Below are positions 51,062 to 60,142 of a DNA stretch of 64,000 nucleotides, in pieces. A model generated the notes under the pieces. The model ran no database searches. It had not been told where the DNA came from and worked only from the letters and a program-made list of their open reading frames with translations. The DNA is from an uncultured Arcobacteraceae bacterium (GTDB lineage Bacteria; Campylobacterota; Campylobacteria; Campylobacterales; Arcobacteraceae): contig CAXHZO010000002.1 in the NCBI GenBank assembly GCA_964022095.1, forward strand, positions 288,001 to 352,000. Direction: 5' to 3'. Each line of letters starts with the position of its first letter. Positions within the stretch are counted from its first letter, which is position 1. A program made the position numbers and the translations under genes.

Positions 51062-52011
51062 TATTTTTCCTTAAAACTATTAATATATTCGTCCATTAAT
51101 GTAAAATCTACATCATTAAACTCGATTTCTAAATTCATTAAATATAAATTATCTAAACTATATCTATCTAATTTTACCAAGTCTTTTGATGTAGTAATAA
51201 AACTATAATCTTTATACTGTTTTTTAATACTATTAATCTCTTCAATCGTAAAATTATGATGATCAGGAAAGCTTACCATCTTAGTATTTTTTGGTAAAAA
51301 CTCTAAAAGTCTTTTTGGCTTAGATATTGCAGTTAATAAAACAAGTTTATTAGGTAAGATTTCTATCTTTTTTGAATCTTTTTTAAAAGTAATAATTCTT
51401 TTAAAATCTTTGTTCTCTTTTAATTCAATATCAGCTTGTGCATAAAAACCTTTTGGCTCTCTATATCCACCACTTGGTAAGCAAAAAATATTCTCAGGTT
51501 CATTTTTCGGTCTTAAAAGTATATTGAATTTTGAAATATGATATTTTGAAAAACCATCATCTAAAAAAACTATTTTACAAGCTAACTCTTTGGCTTTTAA
51601 AATAGCTTTTACTCTATCTTCACTTACGATTACTGTACTATTTGGCAACGCTTTAGCTAATAGCATAGCTTCATCACCACTAACATTAACATCTTCTAAT
51701 ATTTTATTATTATGTGAAATTACAAAAAGACCTTTTGATTGACGTCCATAACCTCTTAAAATAATACATGAGTTTTCATATTTTGAAGCTAACTTTATAG
51801 CAACTGGTGTTTTACCACTACCACCAACTATAATATTTCCCACAGAAATTATAGGTATTCCAAACTCTATTGGTTTAGCCATTGCTCTTTTTGTAAGTAT
51901 TATTAGCATGTAAAGAAAAGTAAAGGGAATAAGAAAAAAAGATATAACTTTTTGTAAAAAGTTTGGAAAGAAGAGATAATCTTCTATCCATAAGTGAAGT
52001 TTTGAATTCAC
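51061..52011 (-). CDS. lpxK: Tetraacyldisaccharide 4'-kinase
   Basis: SVGNI.VGGSGKTP, RGYGR, GDEA, LDDGF. Confidence 0.92.
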   Translation of the reverse strand: MNSKLHLWIEDYLFFPNFLQKVISFFLIPFTFLYMLIILTKRAMAKPIEFGIPIISVGNIIVGGSGKTPVAIKLASKYENSCIILRGYGRQSKGLFVISHNNKILEDVNVSGDEAMLLAKALPNSTVIVSEDRVKAILKAKELACKIVFLDDGFSKYHISKFNILLRPKNEPENIFCLPSGGYREPKGFYAQADIELKENKDFKRIITFKKDSKKIEILPNKLVLLTAISKPKRLLEFLPKNTKMVSFPDHHNFTIEEINSIKKQYKDYSFITTSKDLVKLDRYSLDNLYLMNLEIEFNDVDFTLMDEYINSFKEK

Positions 52012-52017
52012 TTTAAA

Positions 52018-53157
52018 CTATATCCATTCAGATGCAACATCAATAATTTGGTCACAAACATAGTTAACCTCTTCATCTGATAAACTTGCATAAATTGGAA
52101 GGGATAAAATTTGTTGATAATTATTTAAAGCATTAGGGAATGCAGTAATCTTTATCGAATATTTTGTTTTGTAATATGATAAAAGGTGTAAAGGAATATA
52201 ATTTAAACCTGTTGCAACCCCTCTTTCTTTTAGTGCTCTAGCAAATGCATCTCTATTTCTTGATACTTTAATAATAAACTGTGTAAATACATTCTCTTCA
52301 ATGTGAGGAGGAATTTCTATATGCTTTACAGTACTTAATCTTTTTGTGTAAATAGCTGCTACTTCTTTTCTTCTTTTAACAAACTTTTCTGTCTTGTTAA
52401 GCTGAGCTAAGGCATATGCTGCATCAAGTTCTGATAAATCATACTTATGTCCAATATCAACTACATCGTATACATAATCTAAGTTTCCGTAATTATCGTA
52501 TGTTGTTGTTAAAGCATGAGTTCTAAGTAATTTTGCTCGTGCTGCAATATCATCATTATTTGTAACAATAATACCACTTCTAGAAATAGCATATTTTGAG
52601 TTAGATGGGTTTGTTGAGAATATAGTCATATCCGCTCTTAAGTTACCTACCATTTTTCCATGATAAGTAGCTCCTAATGATGATCTACAATCTTCAATTA
52701 AAATGATCCCATATTTTTCAACAATATCATATAATCTATCTAAATCAGGTGTTTGACCACCAACAAAAGTAATAATTGCACCTCTTAGTTTTTTTGATTT
52801 GTTTTCTTCTAAAACTTTTTCAAATTTATCTAAATCAATATTCATATCATCTAAATTGATATCTACAAATATAGGTTCAGCATCAAAGTGTCTTACACAT
52901 TCTGGTAAGTTAACAAAAGAGTTTACTGACATTAAAATCTTATCACCTCTTTTTAATTTTATAGCACTTAAAGCCAAATGAATAGCTGCAGTTGATGTTG
53001 CTGTTGCAACTGCATGATTAGCTCCAATAAATTTTTGCATACTATCTTCAAATTCAATAACTTTTGATAAGTCATCTTTTGAATTTAATACTTCTCTTAA
53101 TTGATTTAATTCATCATTATCTACTGCGGCTCTAAATATTGGTATATTTTTAGTCAT
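52018..53157 (-). CDS. DegT/DnrJ/EryC1/StrS aminotransferase-family protein with atypical PLP site
   Basis: Family-length fold, LIEDC, LSLPIY; ATG 53157 preferred over 53172. Confidence 0.82.
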   Translation of the reverse strand: MTKNIPIFRAAVDNDELNQLREVLNSKDDLSKVIEFEDSMQKFIGANHAVATATSTAAIHLALSAIKLKRGDKILMSVNSFVNLPECVRHFDAEPIFVDINLDDMNIDLDKFEKVLEENKSKKLRGAIITFVGGQTPDLDRLYDIVEKYGIILIEDCRSSLGATYHGKMVGNLRADMTIFSTNPSNSKYAISRSGIIVTNNDDIAARAKLLRTHALTTTYDNYGNLDYVYDVVDIGHKYDLSELDAAYALAQLNKTEKFVKRRKEVAAIYTKRLSTVKHIEIPPHIEENVFTQFIIKVSRNRDAFARALKERGVATGLNYIPLHLLSYYKTKYSIKITAFPNALNNYQQILSLPIYASLSDEEVNYVCDQIIDVASEWI

Positions 53158-53162
53158 ATTTT

Positions 53163-53924
53163 TTAATTCCATTTAATATTTGCAATTGTAGGTAGTTTAC
53201 CTTTAAATGCATTAGCTTTTATTCTATAATCTAATAAATCAATTAATTCTTCTTCAAATCCAAGAGCAATTAATTCATCTTTTGATTTTCCTTCATCGAT
53301 CATAACTTTAAGAACATCATCCATATGCTTATATGAATATCCAAGCTCTTCTTCATCACTTTGACCTTCCCATAAATCAGCACTTGGTGGCTTATTTAAA
53401 ATTGAATCAGGAACACCTAATGTTCTTGCAAAATCAAACTCATCACTTTTGTACATTTCACCAATTGGATTAATAGCACAAGCAATATCTCCAAATATAG
53501 TTCCATATCCTAAAAGAATTTCACTTTTGTTTGATGTACCTACTACAATTGATTTTTCTCTTGATGATACATCATAAAGTACTGACATTCTCATTCTTGC
53601 ACTAAAGTTACCAATTCTTAGTTTATCTTCATCCATATTTTCTATAAATGCACTAACCATTGGTTCAATTGGTATAATTTCATATTTAATATCAAATTTT
53701 TCACAAACTTCAATTGCATCTTCAGTAGAGCTTAATGATGAAAATTGTGAAGGCATAAGTACACAGTTTAACTTATCCCCAAATGCTTCCTTACAAAGTA
53801 TTGCTACAACAGCTGAATCTAATCCACCTGATAATCCAACAGTAACTTTTTCAAGACCTGTTTTTTTTACTTCATCTTTTAAAAATGTAATTAATTGTTC
53901 TTTAATCTCATCCCATTTTATCAC
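53163..53924 (-). CDS. nadE: NH3-dependent NAD+ synthetase
   Basis: GLSGGLDS, GNFSARMRM, GTSNKSE, PSADLW.GQ.DE. Confidence 0.95.
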   Translation of the reverse strand: MIKWDEIKEQLITFLKDEVKKTGLEKVTVGLSGGLDSAVVAILCKEAFGDKLNCVLMPSQFSSLSSTEDAIEVCEKFDIKYEIIPIEPMVSAFIENMDEDKLRIGNFSARMRMSVLYDVSSREKSIVVGTSNKSEILLGYGTIFGDIACAINPIGEMYKSDEFDFARTLGVPDSILNKPPSADLWEGQSDEEELGYSYKHMDDVLKVMIDEGKSKDELIALGFEEELIDLLDYRIKANAFKGKLPTIANIKWN

Positions 53925-53945
53925 TTTTTATCCTTTGTAAAATTA

Positions 53946-54158
53946 TTATAACTCATCTTTTTTTGTTTTTTCATAAATTTCATCTAAATAATTATTATTA
54001 GTTTCAAAAATAGTGTCTTTTTTAAGTTTCAACTTATTTTTAATCTCATTTAACTCTTCTTCATCAAAATAGTTTAAGTAATTAGGATTAATTTCAATTG
54101 TCTCTTCAGGGTTAGTTTTTATTAACTCTTTAATTTGTTTTATTAATTCTTCTTTCAT
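53946..54158 (-). CDS. Small acidic hypothetical protein
   Basis: Start overlaps the upstream stop within the operon. Confidence 0.65.
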   Translation of the reverse strand: MKEELIKQIKELIKTNPEETIEINPNYLNYFDEEELNEIKNKLKLKKDTIFETNNNYLDEIYEKTKKDEL

Positions 54159-54391
54159 TAAGACTCTTTATTAAATTTATTTAAAATCTCTTCTAAATAT
54201 AATTCCATTTTTTCTACACCAATATCACTATCCTCATTTTTACATGATTTACAACATGTCCCTGCATCTGTAATTTCACCTAAATCTTCTAAAGTTTTAG
54301 CATCTTTTTCTTTAATTGCATAGATAAGTTCTCCTAGTGTAACATGTTTACAAGTGCAAACTTCGTATGAATGTGGAAAGTTTCTAGCCAT
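54158..54391 (-). CDS. BFD-like [2Fe-2S] protein
   Basis: VCTC.....AGTCCKSC. Confidence 0.85.
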   Translation of the reverse strand: MARNFPHSYEVCTCKHVTLGELIYAIKEKDAKTLEDLGEITDAGTCCKSCKNEDSDIGVEKMELYLEEILNKFNKES

Positions 54392-54620
54392 TTATTTCCT
54401 TTTTATACTCATTTAATATTTGTTTACAGTAAATTTTCTTTTTAATTTTACCTAAATCACCTTCAGGAAATATGCAGTGTCTGCATTCAGTTCCTGCTGT
54501 TGTAAGCTCTTGTATATCACTTAATGATACATCTGTATTGTTTGATATACAATCTTTAATCTCTTTTAATGTAACTTTTTTACAATTACATACTTCATAT
54601 GTATCTTCAAAACCTAGCAA
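54384..54620 (-). CDS. BFD-like [2Fe-2S] protein (second copy)
   Basis: VCNC.....AGTECRHC. Confidence 0.82.
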   Translation of the reverse strand: MLGFEDTYEVCNCKKVTLKEIKDCISNNTDVSLSDIQELTTAGTECRHCIFPEGDLGKIKKKIYCKQILNEYKKEING

Positions 54621-55376
54621 CTATAAACCTTTTTCTTTCTTGATCAATTCATATGCTTCGTTTATTTCTTGAAGTTTTGTAGTTGCTTCATCAATTATAT
54701 TCTGACTAGCCCCCTGCCCTGAAACTATATCTGGATGATGTTTTTTTACTAAACTTCTATATTTTTTCTTTAAAACATTTGCATCATCATTTGGTGTTGC
54801 TTCAAGTATTTCATATGCTTTTTCTAGATTTAATGCATTATTGTTAGCTTGTTGTGCATAAAATGCTTCAAAATTGCTAACAATATTTTCAAAGTCTACA
54901 TGTTTGATTTTTAGTGCGTTTGAAATATCTTCACAAATCATTTTCTCTGCATTTGAAAACTCTTTATCAATAAATGCTAAATTTAATAAATATTCTAATA
55001 TTTTTGTTCTTTTTGCGTAGTCAAATTTTGTTAGACTATAAAGTTTATTACATACATCCATAGTATTTTCAAAACTTTTTTTCTCATGTGTATATAAATC
55101 TTTTAATCTATCTCTTATCTCATCACTGTTTTCAAAATGACTTGAAATATCAGTAAAAGTATGTTTTAAAAGTTCTGCTTCAAGCTCACAAACTTGACCA
55201 TCCGCTTTTGCAACTTTTGCCATTAAAGCTACTAATAGACCTGCTTCATGATTCATTAAATCACCTTCAAATCTCTCTTTTACTTTTAAATTTATATTTT
55301 TAAATCTTTCTGTTTTGTAATTTCTTGCAATAAAAAATAGTATCACCCCAATTACAAGTAGAACTAATAACTTCAT
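54621..55376 (-). CDS. djlA: DjlA-type co-chaperone (TM, TerB-like domain, J-domain)
   Basis: AKVAKADG; C-terminal J-domain with HPD and INEAY. Confidence 0.88.
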   Translation of the reverse strand: MKLLVLLVIGVILFFIARNYKTERFKNINLKVKERFEGDLMNHEAGLLVALMAKVAKADGQVCELEAELLKHTFTDISSHFENSDEIRDRLKDLYTHEKKSFENTMDVCNKLYSLTKFDYAKRTKILEYLLNLAFIDKEFSNAEKMICEDISNALKIKHVDFENIVSNFEAFYAQQANNNALNLEKAYEILEATPNDDANVLKKKYRSLVKKHHPDIVSGQGASQNIIDEATTKLQEINEAYELIKKEKGL

Positions 55377-55466
55377 TTTTTCCCTTAATTGCTAATTTCA
55401 ATTTTGTTGAATTTTAACAAAATTTAGGTAAAATCTTATCTTTTAATACAGATATTGGAGATATAT

Positions 55467-55928
55467 ATGTTTGGAATGGGCTTTATGGAAATTTTATTAA
55501 TTGCAGTTATTGCAATTATTGCTTTAGGACCTGATAAATTACCAACTGCAATGGTAGAGGTTGCAAAGTTTATTAAAAAATTCAAATCTGGTTTAGATGA
55601 TGCAAAATCTACTTTAGATAGTGAATTAAATGTTAACGAAATGAAAGATCAAGCAAATAAATTTAAAGCTCAAATAGAAGATATGAAAACTTCTGTTAGT
55701 GATGAAAGTAAATTAAATTTAGGTTTAGATGAAATTATGAATGATGAACCTAAACAAGATCAAGTAACTAAAGTTGATGCTGTATACGAAGAAAATTCTC
55801 AAGTTGAAAAACTAAAAGAAGAGAAAGAAAAAGAAAAAGTTTCATTTAAAAAGAAGAAAAAAGAGAAAAGTGGAACTGATAAATTTAAAGTAAAATTTGA
55901 TGAAGATAAAAAAGAGGATAATGTTTAA
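55467..55928 (+). CDS. tatB: Twin-arginine translocase TatB
   Basis: MFGMGFMEILL...LGPDKLP; GGAG RBS before ATG 55467. Confidence 0.92.
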   Translation: MFGMGFMEILLIAVIAIIALGPDKLPTAMVEVAKFIKKFKSGLDDAKSTLDSELNVNEMKDQANKFKAQIEDMKTSVSDESKLNLGLDEIMNDEPKQDQVTKVDAVYEENSQVEKLKEEKEKEKVSFKKKKKEKSGTDKFKVKFDEDKKEDNV

Positions 55929-56662
55929 TGTTTGAAGATTTAAAACCTCATATTGCCGACCTTAGAAAGAGGCTTATGATTTCTGCTGCATCACTATTTG
56001 TGATGTTTCTTGCTTGTTTTTTCTTTTATGAACCAATTTTAAGCTGGATGATGGTTCCTGTTGAAGCTGTTTTACCACCTAATTCACAAATGGTAGCAGT
56101 TGAAATTCAAGAGACATTCTTTACTGCACTTAAAGTTGCGTTTTTTTCAGGTTTTATAATCTCATTACCAGTAATTTTTTGGCAAATGTGGCTGTTTTTA
56201 GCTCCAGGATTATATGAACATGAAAAAAAGTTAGTAGTACCATTTGTATTTTTTGCAACATTAATGTTTTTAGTTGGTGCAGCATTTGCATATTATGTAG
56301 TTGTACCATATGGTTTTGAGTTCTTAGTTAATTTTGGTTCTGCTGTTGTTACGGTATTACCAAGTATTGGTAAGTATGTAGGATTTTTTACAAAACTATT
56401 ATTTGGTTTTGGTATTGCATTTGAGTTACCTGTAATTACATTTTTCTTAGCAAAAATTGGTTTAGTGGATGATCAGATGTTAAAGAACTTCTTTAAATAT
56501 GCAATTGTAATTATATTTATTGTAGCTTCACTTTTAACTCCACCAGATGTATTAACACAATTCTTAATGGCTGGACCTTTAATATTACTTTACATAGTAT
56601 CAATCTATATTGCAAAAGTATTTAATCCTGCAGTAAAAGATGATGATGATGAGGAAGAGTAA
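55928..56662 (+). CDS. tatC: Twin-arginine translocase TatC
   Basis: H..DLRKRL, APGLY.HEK, FELP, TPPD. Confidence 0.95.
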   Translation: MFEDLKPHIADLRKRLMISAASLFVMFLACFFFYEPILSWMMVPVEAVLPPNSQMVAVEIQETFFTALKVAFFSGFIISLPVIFWQMWLFLAPGLYEHEKKLVVPFVFFATLMFLVGAAFAYYVVVPYGFEFLVNFGSAVVTVLPSIGKYVGFFTKLLFGFGIAFELPVITFFLAKIGLVDDQMLKNFFKYAIVIIFIVASLLTPPDVLTQFLMAGPLILLYIVSIYIAKVFNPAVKDDDDEEE

Positions 56663-56664
56663 AA

Positions 56665-57690
56665 TTGCTTGACCCTTTAAAAACTTCTAGTTATGATTAT
56701 GAATTACCAAAAGAGTTAATTGCAACTCAACCAGTAAGCCCAGCAGACTCTGCTAGGCTTTTAGTTTACAATAGAACTACAGATACTATTTCTCACACTA
56801 CTTTTAAAAATTTACTTAACGTACTTCCAGAAGATATATCTATATTTTTAAATGATACAAAAGTTATTAAAGCAAGAATATTTGGGGAAAAGGCTTCTGG
56901 TGGAAAAGTTGAACTACTACTAAATAAACCTTTGTTTATGGATAGATATCTTGTTATGACAAGAGGAAGAGTAAGAAGTATAGGTACTGAAATCTTTTTT
57001 GATAAAGGTTTAGTAGCAAAAGTTTTAGAACTAAATGAAGATGGTAGTAGAGTTGTTGAGTTTTTTAAAGATGATAAAAAACTTGATTTTCTTTCACTTG
57101 TAAATATATTAAACGATATAGGTCATTTACCATTACCACCATATATGAATAGAGAAGATAATAAACAAGATGAAAAAGACTATCAAACACTATTTGCTAA
57201 AAACTATGGAGCAGTAGCAGCTCCAACTGCATCACTACATTTTACAGATGAATTATTTGGAAAATTAAAAGAGAATTTTCCAGTAAATTATCTGACACTT
57301 CATGTGGGAGCTGGTACATTTAAACCAGTTGATGCAGAAGATATTTTAGAACATCCTATGCATAGTGAATATTTTGAAATTGGAATTGAGGCTAAAAAAC
57401 AAATTGATACTGCTAAAAAAGTACTTGCAGTTGGAACAACTGTTACAAGAACAGTTGAATACTATGCAAGAACAAATAAAATACAAGGTGAATGTGATTT
57501 GTTTTTAAATCCAGCTAACAAACCTATAAAAGTTGATCATTTATTAACAAACTTTCACTTACCAAAATCGACGCTAATTATGCTTATTGCATCATTTGTT
57601 GGATTAGAAAAAACACTAGAAATTTACCATGAAGCTGTAAAAGAAAAATATAGATTTTTCTCTTATGGTGATGGTATGCTAATTATATAA
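56665..57690 (+). CDS. queA: S-adenosylmethionine:tRNA ribosyltransferase-isomerase
   Basis: NDTKVI.AR, PLPPY, AVAAPTA.LHF, LHVGAGTF, TNFHLPKS, SYGD. Confidence 0.95.
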   Translation: MLDPLKTSSYDYELPKELIATQPVSPADSARLLVYNRTTDTISHTTFKNLLNVLPEDISIFLNDTKVIKARIFGEKASGGKVELLLNKPLFMDRYLVMTRGRVRSIGTEIFFDKGLVAKVLELNEDGSRVVEFFKDDKKLDFLSLVNILNDIGHLPLPPYMNREDNKQDEKDYQTLFAKNYGAVAAPTASLHFTDELFGKLKENFPVNYLTLHVGAGTFKPVDAEDILEHPMHSEYFEIGIEAKKQIDTAKKVLAVGTTVTRTVEYYARTNKIQGECDLFLNPANKPIKVDHLLTNFHLPKSTLIMLIASFVGLEKTLEIYHEAVKEKYRFFSYGDGMLII

Positions 57691-57700
57691 AAGGATTTAG

Positions 57701-58438
57701 ATGGCTTATTATGTATTATTTGATACAGAAACAACAGGTAATCAAGAAGAAGATAGAGTAATACAATTTGGTGGAATGATTGTAGACCAAAAAGGAAAAG
57801 TTGAAGCTTATGATGAGTTTTGTAGTAGTGATGTTGAGATAAAAATAGAAGCAATGGAAGTTCACAATATTACGCCTGACCTACTAGAAGGGAAACCAAG
57901 TGCAACACAGACAACTTTTTATAAAAGATTAGAAGAGCTAAATACACCTGAAAACTATTTAATCGCTCACAATATTAAATTTGATATGGGAATGATAGAA
58001 AAAGAAGGTTTTGTAAATCAATATCAAATAATTGATACTTTAAGATGTGCAAAACATTTATTTCCTGAAATGCCTTATCATAGATTACAATACTTAAGAT
58101 ATGCATTAGAACTATATAAAACTGAACAAGCAGAAGCAAATAAACATAATATTACTATAAAAGCACATGATGCAATTGGTGATGTACTCGTAATGAAACT
58201 ATTTTTAACTAAACTTGTGAGTAGATGTAGAGAGATTTATCCAGATTATAATCCAATTGAAAAATTAGCTGATTTAACTAGAACTCCTGTATTTATTAAA
58301 ACATTTAAATTTGGTAAACATAAAGGTAGAGATATTGCTGATGTTGCCCAAGAAGATGCTGGATATTTAAATTGGATGAAAAGTAATATGGACCTTGATG
58401 AAGATTTAAGATATACTCTTGATAAAGTTTTAGGATAA
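57701..58438 (+). CDS. DEDDh 3'-5' exonuclease (ExoX-like)
   Basis: FDTETTG, AHN..FD, AHDA.GD, FGKHKG C-terminal domain. Confidence 0.88.
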   Translation: MAYYVLFDTETTGNQEEDRVIQFGGMIVDQKGKVEAYDEFCSSDVEIKIEAMEVHNITPDLLEGKPSATQTTFYKRLEELNTPENYLIAHNIKFDMGMIEKEGFVNQYQIIDTLRCAKHLFPEMPYHRLQYLRYALELYKTEQAEANKHNITIKAHDAIGDVLVMKLFLTKLVSRCREIYPDYNPIEKLADLTRTPVFIKTFKFGKHKGRDIADVAQEDAGYLNWMKSNMDLDEDLRYTLDKVLG

Positions 58439-58520
58439 GTTATAAACTTATTCTAGACATCTGACAATATACCTTCTAAACAACTGTATAAACAATAGCA
58501 AAGCATAAAAGGATTTTCCT

Positions 58521-59276
58521 ATGCAAAAACTAACAACTGAAGGTCAAAACATCGTTAATGATCTTTCAAATAGATACAATTTAAGTACTGATGCAATCAT
58601 ATATATGATTGGTGCAGTAAATAATGGTGGTGGCTCTATGGCTCAATTCAACTGTCCAGAACTTGGTGGTGGCGGACAATGGATGAGAGGTGGAATGACT
58701 ATGGTTGGAGATATGTTCAATAATGGTTTAAAAAATACTGTTGATAATCTTTGTAGTGAAATTTCTAATGCCCTTGCATCAACTATGATTTTTCCTGAAG
58801 CACCAAAAGGTACAATTAATAGTAATCTATGGTGGCCAACAGAATTAGGAACACCATTTAGTAGCGGTGCTCAAAATAATACAAGATATGCAATTTTTCA
58901 AAATAGATTAGCAGTAGATTATAATGGTCATGTTACTGTTTATGATACTTTGGACAATAATATCTCAGGTGTTAGTCAACAACAAGGTGGAAATGACTCT
59001 TTAACATTCTCAAGTCAATATGGAAATATTTTAGTTTCATCATTACCAATTGTATCTGGGAACCAAAATAATCAACAAGCTCAAAATAATTTTATAGAGC
59101 CAACTTTAAACACAAATGAGCCAATTCAACAGCCAATAAACAATAATTCTACTTCAAATGAATCATCTGAAGATGTTTTTGTTTTAATTGAAAAGCTAGC
59201 TACACTTTTAAATTCTGGTGTATTAACACAAGATGAATTTGATACTAAAAAAGCTGAGTTACTATCAAGAATATAA
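58521..59276 (+). CDS. SHOCT-domain hypothetical protein
   Basis: C-terminal IEKLATL...G.LT..EF..KKAELLSRI. Confidence 0.8.
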   Translation: MQKLTTEGQNIVNDLSNRYNLSTDAIIYMIGAVNNGGGSMAQFNCPELGGGGQWMRGGMTMVGDMFNNGLKNTVDNLCSEISNALASTMIFPEAPKGTINSNLWWPTELGTPFSSGAQNNTRYAIFQNRLAVDYNGHVTVYDTLDNNISGVSQQQGGNDSLTFSSQYGNILVSSLPIVSGNQNNQQAQNNFIEPTLNTNEPIQQPINNNSTSNESSEDVFVLIEKLATLLNSGVLTQDEFDTKKAELLSRI

Positions 59277-59294
59277 AAACAAGGTAGGAATTTC

Positions 59295-59987
59295 CTATCT
59301 TGTTAATACTTTAAATTTACTATTTATTCCTAAAACTTCATATTTATAACCATGACCAAAATCTATATCTGTATTTAAAGTTCCAATTACAATTACACTA
59401 TCACCTGGTTTTATTTTTTCGTCTTCATTTGGTGATCTAAAAATCACAGTTGATTTACCATCATAAATTTTTACCCAAGTATTACCCATAACTTTATTTG
59501 ATACTTGAAGCACATCACCTTGAACTTCTACATTTTTATTTTTTAATTTGTCTTTGTCTTCGTATAGTGATGAAATATCTGTTTTAATTGGTGTATCTTT
59601 TGATATTACTATACCATCGTTAAATTTTACATCAGGTTTAACTTCAGATTTTTCTTTTATCATATTTCCATGGATATTATGTATATCTAAATCTTTTCTT
59701 CCTGATTCTTGAGCAAACATTATCTTATCAAATGTTTTATTTAGTGCTTTACTTTTAAAATTTTTCATCCAAATTTGTTCATTGAATGTTATATTCTCCC
59801 CTACTTCTACATTTGAACGTTGAATTGCAAGCCAATATTTTTCATTGTTCTCATCAACTTTTAAATAAGTATAAGCTCCAGCTGTTTTAGACTCAAGTAC
59901 TTTAGCAGTATGTGGTTCATTTAAAGCTAGAGCTTGATTTATACAAAGAAGTAATCCTAAGCAACCTACAGTGATTTTTTTGATCAT
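59295..59987 (-). CDS. Periplasmic OB-fold protein, NrfJ-related
   Basis: Signal peptide; YTYL.V....YWLA; MKNFKSKAL.KTFD.I.F; DFG.GYKY. Confidence 0.7.
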   Translation of the reverse strand: MIKKITVGCLGLLLCINQALALNEPHTAKVLESKTAGAYTYLKVDENNEKYWLAIQRSNVEVGENITFNEQIWMKNFKSKALNKTFDKIMFAQESGRKDLDIHNIHGNMIKEKSEVKPDVKFNDGIVISKDTPIKTDISSLYEDKDKLKNKNVEVQGDVLQVSNKVMGNTWVKIYDGKSTVIFRSPNEDEKIKPGDSVIVIGTLNTDIDFGHGYKYEVLGINSKFKVLTR

Positions 59988-60044
59988 AATATTCCTTTTA
60001 GTGAATTTATGTTCATATTTTAGCTAGTATAAAAACAAAAAATA

Positions 60045-60058
60045 TTGATATAGATCAT
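60045..60058. promoter_or_regulatory. Crp/Fnr-family box (TTGAT-N4-ATCAT) upstream of the NrfJ-like gene
   Basis: One mismatch from TTGAT-N4-ATCAA; centre about -41.5 relative to a minus-strand TAAAAT at 60017-60022. Confidence 0.55.
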
Positions 60059-60142
60059 AAATCTATAAAAATAAGTTTTATTTTCATATTAATTTCATCA
60101 AATTTATATATAATCACAATAAAATTACACAAAGGTTACTTC

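Noticed and set aside
4832-57854. Short ORF-track entries antisense to or inside longer genes (e.g. 4832-5104, 6185-6391, 10398-10592, 11994-12206, 14282-14497, 15407-15709, 17250-17465, 22374-22559, 24169-24354, 24387-24659, 24753-25154, 25964-26146, 32823-33071, 33606-33788, 36145-36366, 38554-38769, 43108-43338, 48090-48299, 48411-48656, 49295-49654, 52799-52981, 54472-54672, 57663-57854)
   Set aside because: Shadow frames of well-supported genes; no recognisable motifs and typical antisense amino-acid composition
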